NCBI RefSeq assembly: GCF_001194135.2
Contig: NC_068982.1
Location: 182,999,290-183,063,289 of the forward strand
Origin: Octopus bimaculoides
Lineage: Eukaryota
DNA length: 64,000 nt
Reading direction: 5' to 3'
Below are positions 43,303 to 56,113 of the stretch, piece by piece; the first letter of the stretch is position 1; each line of letters starts with the position of its first letter. The notes below the pieces were generated by a model. That model was not told the DNA's origin and searched no databases. It saw only the letters and a list, made by a program, of their open reading frames with translations. The position numbers and the translations under genes were made by a program.

Positions 43303-44065
43303 GTATTTCTAATGTTCGTGTAGCTGCTGTTGTTGTTGATGATGTTGTCGATGTTGTTGGTGTTGTTGGTGTTTTTGTTGTACTTTTAATGTGGCTGAGC
43401 TGTTGTTGTTGTTGTACCACTAATGTTGTTGTAGTAGAATTACTTTCTAACATTTGTGATACTTTGGTTGCAGTTAATGTTAAGGCTATGATATACGAAT
43501 TAAATAATACACTGTGATGTGATTCGTTAAGAGGTGACGGTGGTTGCTTGTGGTGACGGCAGCAGTGTACGCCTATGTATATGCATATTCATATATATAT
43601 ATATATGCATGTGCATATCTGTGTGTGTGCGTGCGTGTGCATGTGCGTGCGTGTGTGTGTATGTGTGTGTATGCATGAATGTATACATGTAAATCTCGTC
43701 GTCGTCGTCATCATCAGCTTTCCTCTCTTTTAGGAGACGATGAAAATGTTCCCTTTTCCTTTCTTTTCCATTTCTAACTCACCCTACTTCCGCTCTACGC
43801 TCAAAATATGCCGACTCATTGTATGTAGTGTCCATTCATGCCAATTCAGAAGTGATGTGACAGCCAGTCCTTATTGCAGTCACCACAGATGACGGCTGAG
43901 TCTTCGTGTAAAGTTGATAGCTTCCACTTTCGTCTTTTTAATGCCAGGAATTGGTTTCGATCGCCGTCCGTTTTATTCACTTCTTCTTTTACAGCATATT
44001 TCCAGAAGAAATGACTCCTTGATATGTTCTCTCGCGACTATTTTAATGTGTGTGCTTAACGGAAA

Positions 44066-44455
44066 GCGGAGGCGCAAGGGCCCAGTGATTAGAGCACCGG
44101 ACTCGCGGTCATAGGATCGCGGTTTCGATTCCCAGACCGGGCGTTGTGAGTGTTTATTGAGCGAAAACACCTAAAGCTCCACAAGGCTCCGGCAGGGGAT
44201 GGTGGTGAACCCTGTCGTACTCTTCCACCACAACTTTCTCTCACACTTACTTCCTGTTTCTGTTGTGCCTGTAATTCAAAGGGTCAGCCTTGTCACACTG
44301 TGTCACGCTGAATATCCCCGAGAACTACGTTAAGGGTACACGTGTCTGTGGAGTGCTCAGCCACTTGCACGTTAATTTCACGAGCAAGCTGTTCCGTTGA
44401 TCGGATCAACAGGAACCCTCGACGTCGTAAGCGACGGAGTGCCAACAACAACAAC
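44066..44455 (+). mobile_element. Family E tRNA-derived SINE, full length
   Basis: A/B-box head, body gagaactacgttaagggtacacgtgtc, (CAA)n tail. Homologous to 3665-3938. Confidence 0.85.
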
Positions 44456-45539
44456 GGAAAGCGCTTTTGTACGTATCTTTATATCACAGGTAACGACGGT
44501 CTATTTGGACGTGATCTGCACTCAAGCATTCTTAGGGCTGCAATCACCGTCCAGCCGCTACTCAGGACCAAGCTGTTCCTATTAATGGCTTCAGACTCAA
44601 TGTTAGATAACTTCAGCTAATTACAGCCAATCGTAATAAAAAAACTTGTCTCTTAATACTAGGATTTATGTGTGAAACGATATATTAACAGATATACAAC
44701 CTATCTTCAAAGATGTGTTGTGAACGTTTTGAAGATAGAAAGTTAATATGATGGCAAGCACCTAGGAATTTACTTGGAATTAGAATAACATTAACTTAGA
44801 TAATCTGGCGGCAAAGTAGATAATCCAACATAGACGGATTATCCAATTTGCCGGATTAATTGAAAATAATCCGTAGTGTATCTACTCGCACGAGCGCGTG
44901 TGCATGTTTATAATATATATGTATATATCTTTTACTTGTTTCAGTCATTAGACTGCAGCTATGTTGGGGTACCATATATGTATATATCTTTTACTTGTTT
45001 CAGTCATNNNNNNNNNNNNNNNNNNNNNNNNNNNNNNNNNNNNNNNNNNNNNNNNNNNNNNNNNNNNNNNNNNNNNNNNNNNNNNNNNNNNNNNNNNNNN
45101 NNNNNNNNNNNNNNNNNNNNNNNNNNNNNNNNNNNNNNNNNNNNNNNNNNNNNNNNNNNNNNNNNNNNNNNNNNNNNNNNNNNNNNNNNNNNNNNNNNNN
45201 NNNNNNNNNNNNNNNNNNNNNNNNNNNNNNNNNNNNNNNNNNNNNNNNNNNNNNNNNNNNNNNNNNNNNNNNNNNNNNNNNNNNNNNNNNNNNNNNNNNN
45301 NNNNNNNNNNNNNNNNNNNNNNNNNNNNNNNNNNNNNNNNNNNNNNNNNNAATATGATGGCAAGCACCTAGGAATTTACTTGGAATTAGAATAACATTAA
45401 CTTAGATAATCTGGCGGCAAAGTAGATAATCCAACATAGACGGATTATCCAATTTGCCGGATTAATTGAAAATAATCCGTAGTGTATCTACTCGCACGAG
45501 CGCGTGTGCATGTTTATAATATATATGTATATATAAAAG

Positions 45540-45902
45540 ACATTAACTGTATAAAAGTCAATACGAAGTGTATTCCATCCAATGAGAGTTCAATATTACT
45601 AAACGTTTCAGCTACATGTACTTATCGCGCTACTAATAGTTTCCTGTACTCGCGTAGGTTCATCAGGCGCCAATCAAAACGCTCAGTAATCTTGACTCAA
45701 AACGAAAAATTGCACAGCACACTCTTCACGTCTGTACTCAACGCGTCACTGCGGGCAAATAGCACGACCAACAGACACGAAAATTTTTCCGCATGCTCAG
45801 GAAGGACTCGATCACTTAATACCCAAGCGGATTTTGCTCACGCATTATTATTTTGTGCAAAAGAAAAGTCAAGGTCAAAAATTTTTTGACTACACCTCGT
45901 AT
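45540..45902 (-). mobile_element. Possible mariner/Tc-derived remnant
   Basis: TIR-like end gtcaaaattttttgactacacctcgta; weak YRK..AR*V remnant. Confidence 0.35.
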
Positions 45903-46524
45903 ATGTATAGATTTTGATTCTCTGACAACCCCTCAATAGGGCAATCAAGACATCACTTTGTTAAAACCAACAAGAAGGACATCTTTGACTAATTTCCCAA
46001 CTATTCTGAACCCTGTCTTTGAAAGCCAGCTTCCCCTCCAATTCATATTATCTGCCATCACAGAACATGACAGTTTCTTAATTGCATATTAACATAATTA
46101 TGTCAGCACGACTGGCGAAATACAGCTTAATTATACAAGAGGTATTCCATATTAATGGTTGTCTAAGCCGAGATATGGAATTAATTTAATCAAAGACAGC
46201 AAAATTTAAATATTAAACAGAACTATTTCTCTTCTTCGTCATTTCCTCAACTGTAATTTGCTAATCTATATTTTTGTTTGTTAGTTTGTTTGTTTGTTTG
46301 TTTTTTTGTATTTTTGTTTTTTTTTTTGTATTTTGTTTTTTGATTAGGACACCTTATCTTGAAACAGGAAGAAAATAGTAACAACGACAATATCAACAAT
46401 AACAAGTAAAATTATATTTCTGATTAGTTCGTCACAAAGACAGCAAACACGACAGCGTTGGAAACTGATATAATGTACAATACAGTGCAGACTTATACAC
46501 TATGCAAGCATTCCTTGCGATGTG

Positions 46525-46602
<78 letters not shown>

Positions 46603-46616
46603 CCTTTCTACTATAT

Positions 46617-46857
46617 CAGTGGTTCCCAACTTGTGGTCCACAGACCTCTGGTGGTCCGCAAAGGCAGTACTGGGTGTCCGTGAACTAAATTCAAAATTTC
46701 ATGGCTGTGTAATAAGTAGTTTGCTTACCAACCACATGGTTCCGGGTTCAGTCTCACTGCGTGGCATCTTGGGCAAGTGTCTTCTACTATAACCTCGGGC
46801 CGACCAAAGACTTGTGAGTGAATTTGGTAGAAAGAAACTGAAAGAAGCTCGTCGTAC

Positions 46858-46956
<99 letters not shown>

Positions 46957-47179
46957 TGTGTTTGTGTGTATGTTTGTGTGTCTGCGTTTGTCCCCCCACC
47001 TTCTATTGACAACTGATGCTGGTGTGTTTACGTCCCCCTAACTTAGAGGCTCGGTAAAATTGACCGATAGAATAGGTATTAGGCTTGCAAAGAATAAGTC
47101 GATTTGTTCAACAAAAGGTGGTGCTCTAACATGGCCGCAGTCAAATGACTGAAACAAGTAAAAGAGAATATATATATAC

Positions 47180-47252
<73 letters not shown>

Positions 47253-47363
47253 TGTGTGTGTGTGTATGTGTGTGTGTGTAAGGATAGGGATATGAAGTGC
47301 GGTCAGTGGAAAAACACATTTAAATAAAAGGGGTCTTAGTACCCAAAAGGTTGGGAATCACTG
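46617..47363. mobile_element. hAT (Charlie-like) MITE with nested SINE and (GT)n
   Basis: TIRs CAGTGGTTCCCAAC / GTTGGGAATCACTG. 8-bp TSD TACTATAT / TACTATAG. Confidence 0.85.
46695..47165 (+). mobile_element. Family A SINE nested in the hAT MITE
   Basis: Homologous to family A, with internal (GT)n. Confidence 0.85.
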
Positions 47364-47569
47364 TACTATAGGGATAAGGCCTACAATTTTAGTGGAGAAG
47401 GTAAGTCGATTAAATCGACCCCAGTACTTAACGTGTACTTAATTTATCGACCCCGAAAGGATAAAAGGCAAAGTCGACTTCGACGGAATTTGAATTCAGT
47501 GCGTAGCGGAAGACGAAATACCGCTAAGCATTTCGCCCCAGCGTGCTCACGATTCTGCCAGCTCGCCGC

Positions 47570-47570
<1 letters not shown>
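47364..47570 (-). mobile_element. Family B SINE split by the hAT MITE (3' end at 46601-46616)
   Basis: The tail atcctttctactat is interrupted at the TSD; compare 10106. Confidence 0.8.
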
Positions 47571-47633
<63 letters not shown>

Positions 47634-48062
47634 GATAGAGAAATTAAGGCAAATAGACCAGATATAGTTGTCAAAGATCATGAAGAAAAAAAATGCTTTC
47701 TAATTGATGTATCAATACCAGCAGATGACAACGTTTCTCTAAAAGAAATGGAAAAACTTTCAAAATACAAAGACCTGGAAATAGAGATAACTCGAACGTG
47801 GAGTCTAAAAACAGAAACAATTCCTATTCTTAGGTATAATAAAAAAATATTCAGACAAATACATAACAAAAACACCAGGACTTACAAATATATATATAAC
47901 ATACATAAAATTGCACTACTGGGTACTGCACACATTCTACGCAAAACACTTTCAATACAGTAACCATAAGAGCACCACAGCAAACCACAGCACATACCCA
48001 AGGCGCACAGAGCTGCGCTCGGTAGTGAAGTGAAAGCACGTTATAAAAATAAAACTACTGAA
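47634..48062 (+). mobile_element. 5'-truncated R4/Dong-like non-LTR retrotransposon (restriction-like endonuclease C-terminus plus 3' UTR)
   Basis: Translates as DREIKANRPDIVVKDHEEKKCFLIDVSIP...KEMEKLSKYKDLE, the RPD..D..KE.EK..KY RLE motif. Net 11-bp deletion near 47828. (TAA)n on both sides. Confidence 0.8.
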
Positions 48063-48063
48063 C

Positions 48064-48132
<69 letters not shown>

Positions 48133-48834
48133 ACAAATAGGGACAATACAACACAAGGGACAAGTGGGGGGTTGGCACAATGTTGTATATAAGATAAATA
48201 ACAAATAATAAAATAAAAGAATAAAAATTCTCTAAATTGGGGCTGGTTCTTCACAGAGACAACCGAAGAACCCTACACATCCTGGTTACCCCGACCACCA
48301 GGGGCACCTTAGTAGGTGCCTCTCTCCTTCTCAACTCCTCGTTTACAAGCGAATGTTCAGAGTAGGTCCATTCATACGAGCCATCCTCGCTACATTCACC
48401 CACCTTTCAACAAAAATACTGAGGGGCAGTACTTCCCTCTCCACCCTCACTTTTTGTTTTTCAAGTAAAATAGTAGAGGTCTTGTTGCAATACGAGGCAG
48501 TGGTTCTCAAGTCTTCTAATCTTAACTGTGTTTTGTCTTGGTTTAAAAGCTACAGCAAATATTCTGCTCAAAACCACAGAACTGCTTGTAGGTTGCTTGA
48601 CCTTAACGAATTGAGCATGTCCCTTAGTGTCTGACGATATGCGAATTTCTGATCATGCGCAAGAGTAGGGGGATAGCATCATAGCCATGTGTTGAGAGTG
48701 TTATTTGGGGATTAGAATAATTCACCTCTGGGGACATGGATGTTTCGTTCATCATCATAAAAAAAACAATCCTTATTTAGGGATCTCTGAGTGGGATAAG
48801 CTACTCGACCTGAGGGAAATTCTAGCTGGGCCTT

Positions 48835-48905
<71 letters not shown>

Positions 48906-50405
48906 ATATATATAAACCATACATATATACACAATATATATAAATACATACATACATACATACATACATACATAGACACACATACACCTTGTCTGAAGAT
49001 ATTATGCAAATCGGTTCTTTTTAATAAAATGAATGTACATAGGAAGCTGAAATTTCAGGATGTTGGTACAAATGCTTTTTCTTAATTGTGACTAAAATTT
49101 GACACACATCTGATCTGTTTTTCGTGAGTTATTGAGAATTTATTGAAATTGGTTGTATGAAGTTATCATGTATCTTCTCCAGTCTGTATCCTTCCTTGGT
49201 AGAGTTGCAGTCTTGGATTGTGTTGGTTGATGATGACGATGCATAACAATAGAATGTGATGACAGAAGCAAAACGAGGCACTTCACTGCCAGAATATGAG
49301 TCGATTAAACAATGAATTTTACCTTCTGTTGAGGATTAATGAAAGGAATTGGCGGTGTTCCCTTTAGACGTATTCTGGACATTGACAATGATACATTGAT
49401 GTAGCATGTTCTGGTGGACTTTCAGATTGAGCATTATAGGAAATAACCAGATATCCTCACTCCATAGTTTGTCAATAGTATTAAGGGTTATATCAGCTGA
49501 TAGCTGCACAGGCACAGACGTACAAACAACAGAGAATGCCTAACATGCAGTGGAGTCCGCGATATTGATCTACACGAGATCAAGTGTTCAGGATGTTTTA
49601 GTTGTGTCGCGTGAGAACAACCAAGTCGTGCAGCGGAGCCACCAAAGTGAGTATTTTGCTGCTTTGCTTCAACAAAGAAGACAGTAGAGTACTTATATAT
49701 CATTTGACAATACAACAGCGGCAGAGTTGTTATTTGATCCATTTCAAATCTAATCGAACAGATTCGTTGATGAAAGGCATTGTGTTCATGACCATCCAGT
49801 TTCTTAGCATGTATCTAATGTGTTTTTTTACTTCTTGAAGACAGTATGATGTGCTTTGAGACAGATTTGGCTACTAATTTTAGCAAGTCGAGTAACCACG
49901 ATAAGGCTTCCGTGATGGATGAGGTTGAAAGATATGTGATTATTTTTTTGATTTTTGTTGTAGTTTTGTTTTGTTTTCCAATTCCACCATATCTTCATTC
50001 TCCTATATCACTTAAAGTGAGATACGAAAAAGATGGCGGAGCAAAGCTGTAAAATTATTGAGTGATATGTGTGATAAGGTAGATTATAAGAGTCAGGCCC
50101 AAACATCCAACACAACAACAACAACAACAACAACAACAGCAACAGACAAATATTAAGTTAAACACTAATATATCTTACTGATTAAAATGAGTTCTAACCG
50201 ACATTGATACAAAAGTATCAGATAAATTTTCGAATTATTTTATTTCATTCTTGTAGAATTTCTTGGATTCAATCAACGGTTTGAATTCTTAAAATATTGG
50301 TTCCATGTTCGATACAGATGTTTGATATTAATGGATTAATTCTCCTTCTTATTTCTTTCTCATTCTTTCACATCGCTTTCATTTATTTTAAACGTACTCT
50401 CTCTC

Positions 50406-50436
<31 letters not shown>

Positions 50437-50470
50437 TTCTCATCACTTTCATTTATTTTAACACGTACTC

Positions 50471-50548
<78 letters not shown>

Positions 50549-50616
50549 TCTTTCTGCTTCTCTGCCTCTCTTTTTTCCTCTTTCTCCCTCCCTCTCTCTT
50601 TCTGTCTACCTCTCTC

Positions 50617-50934
50617 CTTGGGTGTGGACAAGCGAGGTCATACCATCTTTGATCAAAAACTGTCTCACACTCAAGGCAGTGTGCACAACTGCATTGTCGT
50701 GATGAGACCACTACTCTCCACTTTACCACTAGTCGGGACGTTTTCGTCTCGCCGTGTCTCACAGAACTACCAAGTAGAATGTCTGGTTAACAGTTTAACC
50801 AAGAGGAACAAATTCTGTGTGGACAATTCCTTTCGCATCAATGGAACAAATCAGCATCGTCTTCACATTGGACTTCACTTGATGCGCTTTGGCGGGAGGG
50901 CGTGGTGACATTGAATGATTCCATATGCCCGTCT
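50617..50934 (-). mobile_element. Mariner transposase catalytic-domain fragment
   Basis: SPRPPAKAHQVKSNVKTMLICSIDAKGIVHTEFVP..TVNQTFYL...RRKRPD...HHDNAVVHTALSVRQFL, with stop codons. Confidence 0.85.
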
Positions 50935-51057
50935 CTCAACATCTCCTCTTCTTCTCTTCTCCCCTTCTTCTTTCTTTCTATCTATCTACCTATCTATCAA
51001 TTTCCTACTTTTTCATATTTATAAAAGGAAATTCCGTTTTCAGATGTTTCTAGTGTA

Positions 51058-51133
51058 GGGCATATGGCGTAGCGGTTAAGAGCGCGGGCTACTAATCCCA
51101 AGATTCCGAGTTCGATTCCAGGCAGTGACCTAA

Positions 51134-51164
<31 letters not shown>

Positions 51165-51319
51165 TAATAATAACATCGAAAAATACCTTAGGAATGAGAA
51201 CCCAGGTTCGAAATTTCCCCAAGACACGTGATGAAGGCTGGAGGGTATATCAGCCGAAACGTTGTGTTAACAACAAACAAGATGAGGACAAATATCCGTC
51301 AAATGTAAATAATGTAAAA
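51058..51319 (+). mobile_element. tRNA-headed SINE-like element (family C) with an (AAT)n linker and a hammerhead-like 3' part
   Basis: A box TGGCGTAGCGG 51065-51075, B box GAGTTCGATTCC 51108-51119, (AAT)n linker, body, hammerhead-like fold 51223-51268. Homologous pieces at 28031-28169 and 28655-28828. Confidence 0.8.
51223..51268 (+). ncRNA. Minimal type I hammerhead ribozyme-like motif (C3 mutated to G in this copy)
   Basis: GACAC-[G]TGATGA-A-GGCTG-loop-CAGCC-GAAAC-GTT-GTGTT. Stem I, a 5-bp stem II and the palindromic AACGTT stem III are all present. Confidence 0.65.
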
Positions 51320-52309
51320 CCTTACATATTAGCAAAAATTACATAGTAGACTAATCTATATATAACTTAAATTTACTCTCAACATCTTCCCTTCTTCTCT
51401 CTTTCTATCTATCTACCTATCTATCAATTTCCTACTTTTTCATATTTTATAAAAGGAAATTCTGTTTTCAGATGTTTCTAGTGTAGCGGTATATATATCG
51501 AAAGAACTAAGTTCAATAAATTTCATTAAAATAGTTAAGGCTACAGCTTTGTACAAAGAGGATTCTACAGTTTTGCAGGCAGGGCTTTTCTTTATTCCAC
51601 ATGCTAAATATGGATATCTTTATATCTTTTATCGTTAGATCTGAAGTTTAAATTTATCATCTTTTATCTTTCTAATTCATATTCTCATTTGGTCAGACTG
51701 ACATTGCTGTGTTTAACTTTATTGATTTACTATTTCCTCTCGTCTTTTCTGCAATATTCTTCCATTTTCTTGGGATTTCATTTAATTTTTGTTTTTCAAA
51801 TATTCCGAAAGCCAGATGGAAGGTGTGTCTCATTTGATTGATAATTTATTCAAATTCTATTCGCATTTCTCCCTGAAGTAGTATATCTTTATCTATCAGT
51901 CTCAACAAATTGTTGAAATAGTCTCTTGGGTCTTATTTTGAGTTTATTTTATTACTTCATTGCCAACAACAAATATTTCAATTATGATTCGTATCTGAAA
52001 ACTCGTTTATTATCGTCAAATGATAGTAAAGATATGTCTTCATAGATATATCATGTATCAAACCAGTATATTTTTCCATCTCTCACAAAACATCGTTCCA
52101 TCTCACACAGAATTTCCAAAGAATAAAATTATGCCTACAGCACCATAAATTAAATGTTAGTTAATTAACGTTTCTTAGTTCAACATAGTAAATATGTTAG
52201 CACATAGCTACCGCTGTTTATTCAAGCAGAGTATAATTTTTTGTATATTTCCTTATTTCAGTCATCACTCTACTTAGTGTTGTTCGCATATATAAGTGTT
52301 TCCAGTAAT

Positions 52310-52700
52310 GAGAAGGGCACGTAATCCTTCACTGCACAACTTGACTTATCTGCGACTAATCCAATGGCAAGGAGGAGATCCAGGACGAATGAGGTCAGGG
52401 AGAAGATGTAGCGAACTGTCGCGTCCACGGAATGTAGTGCAACCCCTGGCTGTTAATTGGAAGGCATGGCGGTCCGTGTATGATGCTGGGTTGGAGCGAT
52501 TTGAAACCAAACGCAAGAGACTGCATGAAAGGAGGAGACGTCGTCACCAATCGCTAGCGGGTGTTTTTCGGGGTCACTTTCAGTGCTCTCATTACCAGGG
52601 GATCTGACAATCGCGTATCGGTCTTGTCGGCCACGTCCGCTCCCATGAGAAACAATGTGTGCTGGAGACAGAGTAGGATGAATGCCCTGGATCAACTATG
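52310..52700 (+). mobile_element. RTE-clade LINE 3' end
   Basis: AWRSVYDAGLERFETKRKR...FQCSH...SRIGLVGHVRSH matches the RTE C-terminal zinc finger (SRIGLxSHxRxH). Confidence 0.7.
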
Positions 52701-52834
52701 ATGGGATATCATAAGCAAGCAAGCAATGTATACACACACACATACGCGCACACACATACACATATATATATACACACGCACACATACACACATACATACA
52801 CACACACACACACATACACATATACATACACATA

Positions 52835-53646
52835 CACGTGAAGGTAACTTTCATCCATAGTAATGAAACCAGCAAGAAAATTCTCTTCATCGGCTTCTAA
52901 AAGTTCCAGATTGCTCGTGGACAAATTGCACCTGGTGCGGTTCTGTTCAAGAGTCAAAAGGTGAGGGACTCATCTTGCGGAAACCTTTGAGAACCCAAGT
53001 TCTTTTGTCAGCTATCTGACGGCATGTTTATGAGATGCCCAGTCTCTCGGCTATCTGACGACGTTATCATACTAAGAACAAAGTCAAGGTTATCCTTGGT
53101 GGTTGCAGTTGGAGATCTCTCTGATCTGGGATCATCTTCCACACTCTCCCTGCCACGCTTAAATTCATTAACTCAACATTTGACTGTTGCATATGAAGGA
53201 GCATTGTCTGTTAAGGTTCTCACCGTAATATCACGGATTTTTGATGGAGTCATGACTTTCAAATGAAGATACTTTATGACACCATGATACTCAGTTTTCT
53301 CCATTTCCCTTGTAACCTCGACATTTGTTTATTCAAAAATCTGCAACAACAGAAAAATTAAAATATCACAATCATGAAAATACTCCGAAAAGACTGTACT
53401 TACCTGAAAAAATTGTTTCAGCTATCTAGCAGCCCATTTTCTAGGTTAGGCTCGAAACTTTTCATACACACTTTGTAATTCAGATTTGTGAGCTGTCTTC
53501 CCATCATTTTCTTTTTCTCTTTTTTTTTTTCACATTATTGGTGTCATTTTAATTAATTAAAATTTTTGACAGACTGCACGAAGTATATTAACATCGACAT
53601 AATGTCCAATTGCTATCAGTCAGCGGGACTTTTCTTTTTAACTCGT
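52835..53646 (-). mobile_element. Mariner transposase pseudogene, 5' half (irritans-like)
   Basis: ATG at 53304: MEKTEYHGVIKYLHLK...EFKRGRESVEDDPRS...KELGFSKVSAR*VPHLLTLEQ...FITMDESYLH. WVPHEL-like motif and first catalytic Asp are visible, with stop codons. Confidence 0.85.
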
Positions 53647-54245
53647 TTTTTTATACCCTAGTAACTCTATAATAACCTACAGAAGACAATTAAAAATTTT
53701 CTATTATTACATTAACGCTGGTGCGATTATTAATAATATATAAGATTTCTGTTCTAGATATTAGTTAAAATGACATGAGTGACAAGGTCATTGTATCTGA
53801 AATGAAGATTTATATTTACTGAGCCTGAAATCACAGAGAAAATGTTGACTGTTAGAAAATCATATAGAAAAAGAACCACTTTGTGGCTACATGTTCAATC
53901 ATTTCAAAGTGGTGAGTAATATTTTGCTTTTACTTCAGTTCCGAAGTCGTGTCAATAAAGCGAAAATAGGTGAAAAAGTCAGATGAGCTTTCCAGATCTG
54001 AAAAAACAACTAACAATCTAACAGAACATATCGCAACCACGCAAGTATTCTTCCCTGAATTGGGGGAGACTTCACGTGAGTAAATTTAGCATTAAATTAT
54101 TGACGCAAACAAAAGAAATTCAGTGACTGGTGACACAACAATTCAAAGATAGATATTTCTTTCGAAATTAGAATTCAAAGTCGGCACTCGCTCTTGACAT
54201 TGCTGTTTCGAACTTGAAGGTCATCCTTCATACTCAGTAACATCG

Positions 54246-54454
54246 GTTTCAATGTTTCAAGTCCAGCAATTTCGGGGGAGAGAGTAGGCCGATCACATCG
54301 ACCCCAGTATGCAACTGGTACTTATTTTATCGATCCCGAAAGGATGAAAGGCAAAGTCGACCTCGGTGGAATTTGAACTCAGAACGTAAAGACTTACGAA
54401 ATGCCGCAAAGCATTTTACCCGGCATGCTAACAATTCTGCCAGCTCGCTGCCTT
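54246..54454 (-). mobile_element. Family B SINE
   Basis: Reverse-complement homology to family B. Confidence 0.85.
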
Positions 54455-54875
54455 AATTTCATTCTCATACACAATAATATTGCCATCTTCTATAATATTA
54501 CAGACTTTAACCAACCAGCTACTGTAATATTCAATATTTTGTGTTCGATAAGGCGGCAAATAGGGCTGGAGAGGAGATGTTTGAGAGGAGACATGTTTGG
54601 AAAAAGATGGAAGAATGTCGCACGAATGTTGGGCATGAAAGGATCCGCGTGAATGTGTTATGGTTTAAAAACCCAGGTCAGTGGTAAGGCAGGGTTCATG
54701 GGGTGCGTTATAATCCCGCCTCCACTCCATCTTTTATGTCTTATTGTGTCCTATCATCCGTATCATATATATATTTTATAATTTTTAAAAGGACCCCAAT
54801 CGCATTTCTTGTAAAATCATTCGATTTCATTGTGTTGTCCCTTCTATGTATGTCCTTATGGATAATAAAAAATTA

Positions 54876-55074
54876 AGAAACGTTAGCATGCCGGGCGAAA
54901 TGCTAAGCTGTATTTCGTCTGCCGTTACGTTCGGAGTTCAAATTCCGCCGAGGTCGACTTTGCCTTTCATCCTTTCGGGATCAATAAATTAAGTGCCAGT
55001 TACGCACTGGAGTCGATATAATCGACTTAATCCCTTTGTCTTTGTTTGTACCCTCTATGTTTAGCCCCTTGTGG
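54876..55074 (+). mobile_element. Family B SINE running into a gap
   Basis: Near-identical to 4692-4908. Confidence 0.85.
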
Positions 55075-55853
55075 NNNNNNNNNNNNNNNNNNNNNNNNNN
55101 NNNNNNNNNNNNNNNNNNNNNNNNNNNNNNNNNNNNNNNNNNNNNNNNNNNNNNNNNNNNNNNNNNNNNNNNNNNNNNNNNNNNNNNNNNNNNNNNNNNN
55201 NNNNNNNNNNNNNNNNNNNNNNNNNNNNNNNNNNNNNNNNNNNNNNNNNNNNNNNNNNNNNNNNNNNNNNNNNNNNNNNNNNNNNNNNNNNNNNNNNNNN
55301 NNNNNNNNNNNNNNNNNNNNNNNNNNNNNNNNNNNNNNNNNNNNNNNNNNNNNNNNNNNNNNNNNNNNNNNNNNNNNNNNNNNNNNNNNNNNNNNNNNNN
55401 NNNNNNNNNNNNNNNNNNNNNNNNNNNNNNNNNNNNNNNNNNNNNNNNNNNNNNNNNNNNNNNNNNNNNNNNNNNNNNNNNNNNNNNNNNNNNNNNNNNN
55501 NNNNNNNNNNNNNNNNNNNNNNNNNNNNNNNNNNNNNNNNNNNNNNNNNNNNNNNNNNNNNNNNNNNNNNNNNNNNNNNNNNNNNNNNNNNNNNNNNNNN
55601 NNNNNNNNNNNNNNNNNNNNNNNNNNNNNNNNNNNNNNNNNNNNNNNNNNNNNNNNNNNNNNNNNNNNNNNNNNNNNNNNNNNNNNNNNNNNNNNNNNNN
55701 NNNNNNNNNNNNNNNNNNNNNNNNNNNNNNNNNNNNNNNNNNNNNNNNNNNNNNNNNNNNNNNNNNNNNNNNNNNNNNNNNNNNNNNNNNNNNNNNNNNN
55801 NNNNNNNNNNNNNNNNNNNNNNNNNNNNNNNNNNNNNNNAAAAAAAAAAAAAA

Positions 55854-55921
<68 letters not shown>

Positions 55922-56113
55922 TAATAATAATAATAATATTAGTAATCTATCCATCTAATAGGTATATCTATATCATGTATTTATTTTATGCAGTCGTGAT
56001 GTATTCGTGTACATCATATATTCGTATAGTTGATATACCTATATCATGTATTCATGTAGTCAGTATGGTGAACTGAACAGATGAGGACTTAAAAAGCGGA
56101 CAACGTAGAAAAG

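Noticed and set aside
44745-45535. Exact ~185-bp repeat on both sides of a gap, containing a small hairpin
   Set aside because: Perfect identity across an N gap points to an assembly duplication. The hairpin alone is not enough to call a Helitron end.
51058-51130. tRNA-like sequences (also 44066, 34059, 14999)
   Set aside because: No acceptor stem, and each continues into SINE body sequence. These are SINE heads, not tRNA genes.
53759-53970. Candidate upstream exons ending in G|GTGAGT (53911) or G|GTGAAA
   Set aside because: Stop codons or non-hydrophobic residues before the P-loop. The exon at 56114-56201 fits much better. They could still be UTR exons, but nothing supports that.
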